Assembly (NCBI GenBank): GCA_018823705.1
Contig: JAHJHP010000031.1
Coordinates: 1,982-65,981 of the forward strand
Origin: Candidatus Omnitrophota bacterium
Lineage (GTDB): Bacteria > Omnitrophota > Gorgyraeia > 2-01-FULL-45-10
Length of the DNA stretch: 64,000 bases
Direction of reading: 5' to 3'
Shown: positions 28,487-36,428 of the stretch, piece after piece
Layout of the letters: every line of letters starts with the position of its first letter
Position numbering within the stretch: position 1 is the stretch's first letter
The notes under the pieces: generated by a model
Told to the model about the DNA's origin: nothing
Databases searched by the model: none
The model's input: only the letters and a program-made list of their open reading frames with translations
Translations under genes and position numbers: made by a program

Positions 28487-29938
28487 ATGAGCGGTATATT
28501 CGGAGTGGCATCGAAGCACGATTGCGTGAGGGACCTTTTTTACGGGACGGACTATCATTCCCATCTGGGCACCGAATTCGGGGGGATGGCGGTCCTGGGT
28601 AAGAAGTTCACCAGGCAGATACATAATATAAGCCAGACGCAGTTCAAATCGAAGTTTTACGAGGATTCCAGGCTGATGTCCGGCACCAAGGGCATCGGAG
28701 TGATAAGCGCGCATGACGAACAACCTATCTACATAAATTCCAGGTTCGGGCCCTTCTGTATAGTGACCAACGGATTTATAGAGAATGCCGAAAAATTGGC
28801 CGCCGGGCTTATGGATAGAGGGGTGTCTTTCAGCGAGGTCACAAAAGGTTCCGTGAATATCACGGAGCTTATAGCCAAACTCATTGTGGAAGGAAGCTCT
28901 ATAGTAAGCGGGATAGAAAAGATGTTCGAGATGATAGAGGGATCTTGCTCGCTGCTGTTGCTGAATAAGGACGGTATATATGCCGCGCGCGACAGGTACG
29001 GGTATACTTCGATGGTGCTCGGTAAGCGCAAAGACGCCTGGGCTGTCACCTCGGAGACATCGGCATTTCCCAATAACGGTTTTGAGATCGCAAGTGACCT
29101 GGGCCCCGGCGAGATAGTCCTTATAAATGAGGACGGCCCCCAGGTAAAGAAGGTTCAGGGCGTCAGATCCCAAATCTGCACTTTCTTTTGGATATATACG
29201 GGATTTCCGGCGTCCACCTACGAAGGCGTAAATACCGAGATCGTCAGGGAGAGATCCGGCCGTTTTCTGGCAAAGCGCGACAAGGATATAGGCGTGGATC
29301 TTGTGGCAGGCGTTCCGGACTCGGGTGTGGGGCATGCTATAGGATACGCGATGGAATCCGGCAAACCCTACAGGCGTCCGCTGGTAAAGTATACGCCCGG
29401 TTACGGCAGAAGCTATACTCCACCGTCTCAGGAGACCAGGGACCTTATAGCAACGATGAAGCTGATACCCGTGAAAGAGATAATTGATTCACAGCGCATC
29501 GTGCTATGCGAAGATTCAATAGTGCGCGGCACACAGCTCAAGAACTTCGCGATCAAAAAACTATGGAGCGCGGGAGCCAAAGAGATACATGTGAGGCCTG
29601 CCTGTCCGCCGCTTATGTTCCCCTGCCGCTTCAATCTTTCGACGCGCACTATAAATGAACTTGTTGCGCGCAGGGCGATACGCAGCATCGAAGGGCGTGA
29701 TGTCGCGGATGTAGCAGCCTATATTGATCATAAATCTCCGAAATACAGAAAGATGGTGGATTGGATCGCGAAATATATCGGAGTCACAACCCTCAGATAC
29801 CAGACTGTGGATGACATGGTAAAGGCGATAGGCCTCCCCAGGGAGAAGCTTTGTCTATATTGCTGGACAGGTGAATGTTGCGGCAAGTCCTCCTGCCGGA
29901 AGAAGAGCAAAGAGAGCGAAACGGTTTTAAAATCATAA
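28487..29938 (+). CDS. purF: Amidophosphoribosyltransferase (variant with N-terminal Ser)
   Basis: Ntn domain plus PRT domain (VPDSG, EDSIVRGT), C-terminal CLYCW; begins MSGIFG. Confidence 0.88.
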   Translation: MSGIFGVASKHDCVRDLFYGTDYHSHLGTEFGGMAVLGKKFTRQIHNISQTQFKSKFYEDSRLMSGTKGIGVISAHDEQPIYINSRFGPFCIVTNGFIENAEKLAAGLMDRGVSFSEVTKGSVNITELIAKLIVEGSSIVSGIEKMFEMIEGSCSLLLLNKDGIYAARDRYGYTSMVLGKRKDAWAVTSETSAFPNNGFEIASDLGPGEIVLINEDGPQVKKVQGVRSQICTFFWIYTGFPASTYEGVNTEIVRERSGRFLAKRDKDIGVDLVAGVPDSGVGHAIGYAMESGKPYRRPLVKYTPGYGRSYTPPSQETRDLIATMKLIPVKEIIDSQRIVLCEDSIVRGTQLKNFAIKKLWSAGAKEIHVRPACPPLMFPCRFNLSTRTINELVARRAIRSIEGRDVADVAAYIDHKSPKYRKMVDWIAKYIGVTTLRYQTVDDMVKAIGLPREKLCLYCWTGECCGKSSCRKKSKESETVLKS

Positions 29939-29953
29939 TCAAAGGAAGATAAT

Positions 29954-30427
29954 ATGCAAGAAGGTTCCTACCTTTCAAGCGCAGGGCATGAAAAGCTGAG
30001 TAAAGAACTGGAGCAATTAAAGACGGTAAAACGCAGGGCGCTGTCAAAGGCGATCGGCGAAGCGAGAGCCCATGGAGACATCAGCGAGAACGCCGAATAT
30101 GACGCCGCGAAAGAGGCTCAGGGGCTGAATGAGAAAAGGATCTCGGAGCTTGAGAATAAACTCGCGGCCTCTCAGATAATAGATGAAGAGCAGATGTCAT
30201 CCGATGAAGTGTTGGTCGGGGCAACCGTTCAGCTGGCCGATATCAAATCGGGCCGTGAGATCACTTATACCCTGGTGGCGGAGGAAGAGGCCGACTATTC
30301 AAAGGGTATGATATCAGTATCTTCTCCGGTCGGCAGCGGGCTTCTGAATCACAAAGAAGGCGATACGGTCGAGATTAAGGTGCCGGCAGGAGTCCTAAAA
30401 TATAAGGTACTTAAGATATCGAGATGA
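29954..30427 (+). CDS. greA: Transcription elongation factor GreA
   Basis: ARAHGDISENAEYDAAKE, ISVSSPVG. Confidence 0.96.
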   Translation: MQEGSYLSSAGHEKLSKELEQLKTVKRRALSKAIGEARAHGDISENAEYDAAKEAQGLNEKRISELENKLAASQIIDEEQMSSDEVLVGATVQLADIKSGREITYTLVAEEEADYSKGMISVSSPVGSGLLNHKEGDTVEIKVPAGVLKYKVLKISR

Positions 30428-31764
30428 CACTAAACGCGATGAAGACCCTCGAAAGAGACCTTCGTTTATCCAGGAGAGAGCTTGAAAGCATAGTCAAAAG
30501 CTTTCACCAAGAGATGAAAAAGGGCCTCACGGGGTCATCGGGTTCCCTGAAGATGATCCCCACCTATGTCGACAGACCCACCGGAAGCGAAAAAGGGAGA
30601 TACCTCGCCCTGGACCTGGGAGGTACGAACTTCAGGATACTGAGCCTGACGCTAAAGGGGCGCGGCATTCCCTCTGATAAACGGGTCATGAAGTTCGCGC
30701 TGAGGAAAAGGGATATCTCCACTACAGGCAAGAGGCTCTTTAAGTTCCTGGCCGGATCGATCAAAAAATTCATCAAAGAAAAGAAGATAGACCTCTCCGG
30801 AAGTATAGATCTCGGCTTCACATTCTCTTTTCCGGTCAAGACTACCGGCCCGGCCAGCGGGACGCTCATCGTCTGGACTAAGGGTTTCAGCGCAAGCGGC
30901 GTAGAAGGGCGCGATGTCGTGGCCCTATTGGAAAGGGCTATCGCGGACGAGAAGATCGACAACATATCTGTGGTAGCGCTTGCCAACGATACCGTAGGCA
31001 CGCTGGTGGCCAGGAGTTACGATGATAAAGATTGCGATGTCGGAGTCATAATAGGAACCGGCACCAATGCCTGTTACGTGGAAGATCTCCGTAATATCAG
31101 GAAGATGAAGAACCTGCGCCGGCAGCCTGGCACGATGATAATCAATATAGAGTGGGGTAATTTCAACAGGCTTAAAGCAACGCGATATGACAGGCAGCTT
31201 GACGGAGAGTCTATCAATCCCGGCGCCCAGATACTGGAGAAGATGGTCTCCGGAATGTATCTTGGCGAACTTTGCAGGCTCATAGCCGTCGACCTCATAT
31301 CCGAAAAGATATTATTCGGCGGCAGGGCCTGCGGAAACTTTAATAAAAATATGGCTTTTAGCGGCGAATTTGTGTCACAGGTATTGGCGGACAGGTCCCG
31401 GGGCTTGAGCGGGATCATATCTTTGTTACGGCGCCTGGGCGTGAAAGATCCGGGAACTGAAGACGGAAAAACGATAAGAAAGATCTGTAGCCTGCTGGCG
31501 GTAAGGGCCGCGCGCATAAGCGCCGCCGCGATATTCGCGGTCATCACCAGGATAGATCCGGATATAAAGAAGAGGCATATCGTTGCCATAGACGGCAGCG
31601 TTTATGAAAAACTTCCCGGATTTGCTGAAAATATTAAAAGTGCCGTTAGTGAATTATCGGGCGTTCGGACGGGGAAGATAAGGATATCGCTGACTAAAGA
31701 CGGTTCAGGCTATGGCGCGGCTATTATCGCGGCGGTGTCATCGGCGGAGGGGGACACTAAGTGA
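30424..31764 (+). CDS. Hexokinase (eukaryote-type hexokinase family)
   Basis: LALDLGGTNFR, LGFTFSFP, WTKGF, NDTVGT, GTGTNACY, NIEWG, EKMVSGMYLGE, DGSG.GAA. Confidence 0.93.
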   Translation: MTLNAMKTLERDLRLSRRELESIVKSFHQEMKKGLTGSSGSLKMIPTYVDRPTGSEKGRYLALDLGGTNFRILSLTLKGRGIPSDKRVMKFALRKRDISTTGKRLFKFLAGSIKKFIKEKKIDLSGSIDLGFTFSFPVKTTGPASGTLIVWTKGFSASGVEGRDVVALLERAIADEKIDNISVVALANDTVGTLVARSYDDKDCDVGVIIGTGTNACYVEDLRNIRKMKNLRRQPGTMIINIEWGNFNRLKATRYDRQLDGESINPGAQILEKMVSGMYLGELCRLIAVDLISEKILFGGRACGNFNKNMAFSGEFVSQVLADRSRGLSGIISLLRRLGVKDPGTEDGKTIRKICSLLAVRAARISAAAIFAVITRIDPDIKKRHIVAIDGSVYEKLPGFAENIKSAVSELSGVRTGKIRISLTKDGSGYGAAIIAAVSSAEGDTK

Positions 31765-33041
31765 GGAATAAAAATAAAGTCCTTGATACTGACAAAGTAA
31801 GCAATCTGGAGCGTAAACGTATCGACGCGCAACTGCGCAAGAGCGATGAGCGCTATCGGGCACTTACTGAAATGGCCGAGGACCTTATATATATGGTAGA
31901 CAAGTCCGGGCACATAGTATATATAAATACCTTTGGCGCGGCGTACTTTGGTAAGAAACCCAAGGATATGATAGGTAAGTACCTTCCTGATATGTTCTTA
32001 CATGAAGAAGCAGCGCATTTTATGAGAAGCTTCAGAAAAGTCCTGAAGACCGGTAAGTCTGTCTTCATTTATGGTGAATTTGGATTTCATGGCAGTAGAT
32101 TCTGGCTGGATACGCGCCTGAGCCCTATAACCGACGATAACGGTAAGATAACGCATATAATGGGTATATCCCGGGACGTGACAAGCTATAGGCGGGCGGA
32201 GGAAGTGCTTGAGAGAGATAAGGTAGAGCTTGAGAGGCTGGTAAGAGAGAACAGTAAAAAACTTTTGGCAACTCAGAAAAAACTCGACAGGGCCGGCAGG
32301 TTAGCCGATATAGGGACGATCTCCGCAACGATTGCCCATGAATTGCGAAGTCCGCTGGCGGCTATCGGTTTAGCGGCTTATAATATAAGAACAAAGAGCA
32401 AGGACCCTCAGATCAGCGGCAATATACGGAATATAGAGATAAAGGTGCTCGAGAGTGACCAGATAATCAAGAATCTGCTGTTATACTCCGGGCTAAAATC
32501 GCCTATACGGGAGGTTGTAAAAGTTTGCGAGTTACTGAGCGAGTGCGTGGATCTTGCGCACTCTATGTTCCCGGAGCACGATATAAAGATACGTAAGATA
32601 TTCAAATGCCCGCGCGATACGACGTTGAAGGCGGATCCGGTGCAGCTGCAGGAGGTATTTAATAATATATTGAATAATTCCTGCGAGTCATTTGAGAAGA
32701 AGAAGGGCGACATAAAGATATCTGCATCCGTGTATAAGGAGGGTAAATTCAGAATAGTATTCAAAGATAACGGCCCGGGAATAAGCCCTGCGGTGCTTGA
32801 GCATATCTACGAGCCCTTCAACAGCACAAAAGCGGAAGGAACCGGATTGGGGCTGCCGGTCTGTAAGCAGATAGTAAATCTTCACGGCGGTAAGATGGAT
32901 ATAGTAAGTTTGCCGGGCAAGGGCACGACGATTACCATTTACCTGCCCGCCTGTGGTCGCACCCCACGCGGGCAGGCGGGACTTCCGCTTAAAAACGGTC
33001 AGGCACGTGGTCAGCAGAGGCCTATAAAAACCGAACCATAA
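31761..33041 (+). CDS. Cytoplasmic PAS-domain sensor histidine kinase
   Basis: PAS/PAC, AHELRSPL H-box, N-box, DNGPGI, GTGLGL. Confidence 0.92.
   Translation: MRNKNKVLDTDKVSNLERKRIDAQLRKSDERYRALTEMAEDLIYMVDKSGHIVYINTFGAAYFGKKPKDMIGKYLPDMFLHEEAAHFMRSFRKVLKTGKSVFIYGEFGFHGSRFWLDTRLSPITDDNGKITHIMGISRDVTSYRRAEEVLERDKVELERLVRENSKKLLATQKKLDRAGRLADIGTISATIAHELRSPLAAIGLAAYNIRTKSKDPQISGNIRNIEIKVLESDQIIKNLLLYSGLKSPIREVVKVCELLSECVDLAHSMFPEHDIKIRKIFKCPRDTTLKADPVQLQEVFNNILNNSCESFEKKKGDIKISASVYKEGKFRIVFKDNGPGISPAVLEHIYEPFNSTKAEGTGLGLPVCKQIVNLHGGKMDIVSLPGKGTTITIYLPACGRTPRGQAGLPLKNGQARGQQRPIKTEP
32942..32980. repeat. Family B hairpin element (39 nt) in-frame within the kinase 3' end
   Basis: cctgcccgcc-N19-ggcaggcggg; protein reads TIY-LPACGRTPRGQAG-LPLK. 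Confidence 0.85.
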
Positions 33042-33058
33042 AAAAGGAGACGCGCGAA

Positions 33059-33448
33059 ATGGCTCCAAAGAAGATATTGATAGTTGACGATGATAAAGAA
33101 TATCTGGAAGAGCTGAGCGAGATGCTGACTCTGGCGGGATATGATGTAACGGCTATTAGCGATGGCGCTTCTGCCGTAAAGGCCGCGCAAGTCACAATGC
33201 CGGACATAATATTAATGGACCTTCGTATGCCGATAATGAGCGGATTCGAAGTTGCCGACCGCCTTAAGGTGCTTACCCAGACATGCAAGATACCCGTGAT
33301 AGCCATAACGGGGTATTATACGATGAAGGAGCACGTATGGCTGATGAAATTTTGCGGTATTAAAAGATGTATAAAAAAACCGGTCAATCCGATCGATATA
33401 AAAGCGGAAATAGAGAGCGTTTTAAAAGAGCAGGAAGCTTCAGGATAA
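33059..33448 (+). CDS. Single-domain response regulator
   Basis: ILIVDDD, PDIILMDLRMP..SG, ITG, KKP. Confidence 0.92.
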   Translation: MAPKKILIVDDDKEYLEELSEMLTLAGYDVTAISDGASAVKAAQVTMPDIILMDLRMPIMSGFEVADRLKVLTQTCKIPVIAITGYYTMKEHVWLMKFCGIKRCIKKPVNPIDIKAEIESVLKEQEASG

Positions 33449-33472
33449 TGACATTTTGAATCGGGTAATAAA

Positions 33473-33529
33473 GGCCTCGGTCGGAGACCTCGGCACTTAG
33501 CTAACACTGTGGCTTAATAAACTTGGAGG
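33473..33529 (+). repeat. 52-bp family C repeat followed by GGAGG Shine-Dalgarno
   Basis: 48/52 identical to the units at 36312-36363 and 36364-36415. Confidence 0.92.
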
Positions 33530-33538
33530 TGGCTTGAG

Positions 33539-33718
33539 ATGGCAAAAGTTATGAACGTGGGTACAGATTATTTAAAGAAGGCTTCAGGCAAAAATCTCGG
33601 TAATATGGTCCAGAAGAAAGCATATGAGTTGTATGTGAAAAGAGGTAAGCGGCCCGGCCACGAGCTGGACGACTGGCTGGAGGCCGAAAGGCTCATAAGG
33701 CAGAAGGCCAGTTTCTAA
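33539..33718 (+). CDS. DUF2934-domain small protein, 59 aa (not in ORF track)
   Basis: MAKVMNVG...VQKKAYELYVKRGKRPGHELDDWLEAERLI; GGAGG RBS; paralogous to 18082-18264. Confidence 0.88.
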   Translation: MAKVMNVGTDYLKKASGKNLGNMVQKKAYELYVKRGKRPGHELDDWLEAERLIRQKASF

Positions 33719-33732
33719 TTGGGAAATCAATT

Positions 33733-34857
33733 ATGAAGTCAAAGCATGGCCGCGCCGGAGATGAAGCTCCCAGGAGAAAGTCTTACGCCGAAGAAAGGAT
33801 AGAAGACGCCGTTATGCAGCTATCCGCGGTGATAGAGCGTATCGATGAGGGTATAGCTTTATGCGATTCGAACGGCCAATTTGTGATATTTAATTCGAAG
33901 ATGGAGGAGATAACCGGATATAAGATGGAGGAGGCCAACACCCACAAAGATTTTCTCAAGGCGATCTATCCGGATCACGAAGAAAGACGTAAAGCTCTTG
34001 AGAGGCTTGGCGAAGTCGTAAAGAAGGGTAAGGTATATGAGGCCGAATCGACTATAACGTCAAAGGAAGGGGTAGTAAAGACGCTCCTCGTATCCACATC
34101 GCTAATACCGCATATGGGCCAGGATATGTTCCTCAGCGTTTACCGCGATATAACCAAACATAAGAAGTTTAATCAGCTCAAAGATGATTTTATAGACATG
34201 GTCTCTCACGAACTGCGTACGCCGCTATCCATCGTCAATGAGGGGATAAATATTATTCTGGATGAGATACCCGGCAAGATAAACCCCCAGCAGGCCAGAA
34301 TACTGACAAGCGCTAAGGCCAACATAGAAAGGCTGAAGCGCATATTAAACAATCTGCTGGATATCTCAAAAATAGAAGCCGACAAAGTAGTCATGAAAAA
34401 AGAGGTAATGGATATTAAGAAACTGATGAAAGATGTCCTATTCTCGTTTGAACCCAAGATGAAAGAGAAGGGCCTGGAGGCAAAGATGGACCTGCCGGAA
34501 GTTGAAATAAAGGCCTGCGCGGATAAGGATATGATGGCGCAAATTATGACGAACCTTATCGATAACGCGATAAAGTTTACCGAACATGGTTTTGTAAGGG
34601 TATCAGTCAGAGAAACTAAGGAAGGCATTGAATGTTCGGTTTCAGACACCGGCATCGGGATCACCGCCGAGAACCTTCCCAGGATATTCGGAAAGTTCCA
34701 GCAATTCGCGCGAGTAACCGGACCCAGTGAGAAGGGCACAGGGCTTGGCCTCCTGATATCGAAGAAACTGGTAGATATGCATGGCGGCAGTATACACGTG
34801 GAGAGCAGGCTCGGCAAAGGCACAAAGATTATCTTCACATTACCAGGAGACGCTTAA
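33733..34857 (+). CDS. Cytoplasmic PAS-domain sensor histidine kinase
   Basis: PAS, SHELRTPL, NLIDNAIKFT, DTGIGI, GTGLGL. Confidence 0.93.
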   Translation: MKSKHGRAGDEAPRRKSYAEERIEDAVMQLSAVIERIDEGIALCDSNGQFVIFNSKMEEITGYKMEEANTHKDFLKAIYPDHEERRKALERLGEVVKKGKVYEAESTITSKEGVVKTLLVSTSLIPHMGQDMFLSVYRDITKHKKFNQLKDDFIDMVSHELRTPLSIVNEGINIILDEIPGKINPQQARILTSAKANIERLKRILNNLLDISKIEADKVVMKKEVMDIKKLMKDVLFSFEPKMKEKGLEAKMDLPEVEIKACADKDMMAQIMTNLIDNAIKFTEHGFVRVSVRETKEGIECSVSDTGIGITAENLPRIFGKFQQFARVTGPSEKGTGLGLLISKKLVDMHGGSIHVESRLGKGTKIIFTLPGDA

Positions 34858-34877
34858 GTGCGCTTAAGGAGGGTACC

Positions 34878-35264
34878 ATGACCAGGAAGAGGGCCATACT
34901 TGTGGTCGATGATGAGGTTGAATTTTTAAAGATGATAAGGCTCAGGCTGGAGGCAAACGATTACGAAGTCGTCACCGCGATAAACGGAGCACAGGCCAAG
35001 GAGAAGCTTAAGAGCTATAAGCTCGATGCGGTTCTCCTGGATATAATGCTGCCCGATATGAACGGTATCGATATATTGAAGACGATCAGGAAGACAGATA
35101 AGAATATGCCGGTCTTTATGATAACGGCGTTCTCCAGTCCGGAGCGCTTTGAGCTGGCCAATAAGTTTAATGCCTCGGGTTTCATCGTCAAGACCGATGA
35201 CCTTCAGGTGGAGGTCAATAATATAACGAGCGCGATAAGGCTTGCGGATAAATTTAAAGGTTAG
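34878..35264 (+). CDS. Single-domain response regulator
   Basis: ILVVDDE, LLDIMLPDMNG, ITA, IVK. Confidence 0.92.
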   Translation: MTRKRAILVVDDEVEFLKMIRLRLEANDYEVVTAINGAQAKEKLKSYKLDAVLLDIMLPDMNGIDILKTIRKTDKNMPVFMITAFSSPERFELANKFNASGFIVKTDDLQVEVNNITSAIRLADKFKG

Positions 35265-35282
35265 AAAGCTTTGAGTTAGATT

Positions 35283-35298
35283 ACACGTCCCCTAATTC
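35283..35298. repeat. Remnant of family A element right end
   Basis: acacgtcccctaattc identical to 48454-48469. Confidence 0.6.
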
Positions 35299-35312
35299 AT
35301 TAGGATGACTTT

Positions 35313-35981
35313 ATGGTAGCGATCATAGCATCGTTTATATTTGTCCTTCTGGCGGAGATGGGGGATAAGACTCAGCTTCTGGCGATGGCGTTTGCGACAA
35401 GATACAGCGCTCATAAGGTGCTTATTGCAGTATTCTTTGCGACTCTCCTGAACCACGCGCTCGCGGTAGCTGCGGGTCATTACCTGACTACCGTAGTGCC
35501 TATGGATATCATCTCTTTTATTGCCGCGCTCTCCTTCATAATATTCGGGCTATGGACCATTCGCGGCGATAAACTTGATCGTGAGGATAAGAAGGTATCA
35601 CTCTTTGGTCCGGTGATGACCGTTGGCATCGCGTTCTTCCTTGCCGAAATGGGGGACAAGACGCAGCTTGCCACTATCAGCCTTGCCGTAGAATACAGGA
35701 GTATGCTGCACGTTCTCATCGGGACGACTCTCGGCATGGTAGTAGCGGACGCCATAGGTATCTCTATCGGTATAGTCATGCGCAAACATATCCCGAAGGG
35801 TGCTATTAAGTGGATCTCTGCGTCTATTTTTATACTATTCGGGCTTAGCGGAGTTCACAGAGTATTATCCGGCCATATCGGCAGCACATATGTCTGGCTC
35901 GCCATCACATTTATTATCGCGTGCACAGCCTATTGCGCGCGCTATCTGATCAGGAAAAATTCCCGCCTGGTTGTAAGCTGA
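35313..35981 (+). CDS. TMEM165/GDT1 (UPF0016) cation transporter
   Basis: Two AEMGDKTQL motifs. Confidence 0.94.
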   Translation: MVAIIASFIFVLLAEMGDKTQLLAMAFATRYSAHKVLIAVFFATLLNHALAVAAGHYLTTVVPMDIISFIAALSFIIFGLWTIRGDKLDREDKKVSLFGPVMTVGIAFFLAEMGDKTQLATISLAVEYRSMLHVLIGTTLGMVVADAIGISIGIVMRKHIPKGAIKWISASIFILFGLSGVHRVLSGHIGSTYVWLAITFIIACTAYCARYLIRKNSRLVVS

Positions 35982-35996
35982 AATAACAGACAATCC

Positions 35997-36024
35997 TTGA
36001 CTTAAGATAAGCGCATGCTATAAT
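35997..36024 (+). promoter_or_regulatory. Sigma70 promoter of the thi4 leader
   Basis: TTGACT-N16-TATAAT with extended TG. Confidence 0.75.
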
Positions 36025-36035
36025 AAGACCGTTAA

Positions 36036-36140
36036 GAAAAGGGGAGGTCGTAGGTACGGCCTGAGAGTTCCGCGCGCGCCTTCGGGCGCAGAGCGGATTA
36101 CCCAATGAACCTGATCTGGATAATGCCAGCGGAGGGAGAG
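36036..36140 (+). ncRNA. TPP riboswitch
   Basis: GGGG...CTGAGA...ACCC...GAACCTGATCTGGATAATGCCAGCGGAGGGA upstream of a thiazole synthase; boundaries approximate. Confidence 0.93.
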
Positions 36141-36157
36141 GGGGGATGAAGAACGAT

Positions 36158-36191
36158 AACCTTTATGCGACAAGCATAAGGGTTTTTTATT
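36158..36191 (+). terminator. Riboswitch expression-platform terminator
   Basis: aacctttatgc-gacaa-gcataagggtt followed by ttttatt. Confidence 0.8.
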
Positions 36192-36252
36192 GAGGCCACA
36201 ACTTATGGGGCCATATTCTGCTGGCAGCGACATAAGTTGTAAGGACGAAATA

Positions 36253-36292
36253 ATCCCGCCTGAATAAGAATTTTTCATATATCTGGCGGGAT
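36253..36292. repeat. Family D hairpin element
   Basis: atcccgcc-N24-ggcgggat. Confidence 0.6.
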
Positions 36293-36311
36293 AATCAGCA
36301 ACCACAACTAA

Positions 36312-36415
36312 GGCCTCGGTCGGAGACCTCGGCACTTAGCCAATATCGTGGCTTAATAAACTTGGCCTCGGTCGGAGACCTCGGCACTTAGCCAATATCG
36401 TGGCTTAATAAACTT
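36312..36415 (+). repeat. Perfect tandem duplication of the 52-bp family C repeat, followed by GGAGG
   Basis: ggcctcggtcggagacctcggcacttagccaatatcgtggcttaataaactt x2. Confidence 0.95.
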
Positions 36416-36428
36416 GGAGGGCGGATAA

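Noticed and set aside
28472-29335. Long antisense ORFs (also 57762-58712, 58591-59382, 34206-34838, 23975-24586)
   Set aside because: They lie opposite well-supported conserved genes and show no recognisable motifs.
35265-35312. yybP-ykoY (Mn2+) riboswitch expected before a TMEM165/GDT1 gene
   Set aside because: The gap is only 48 nt and holds a repeat remnant; no aptamer motifs seen.
36312-36415. Possible CRISPR array or mini-array
   Set aside because: Two identical 52-bp units abut with no spacer, and no cas genes are in the window.
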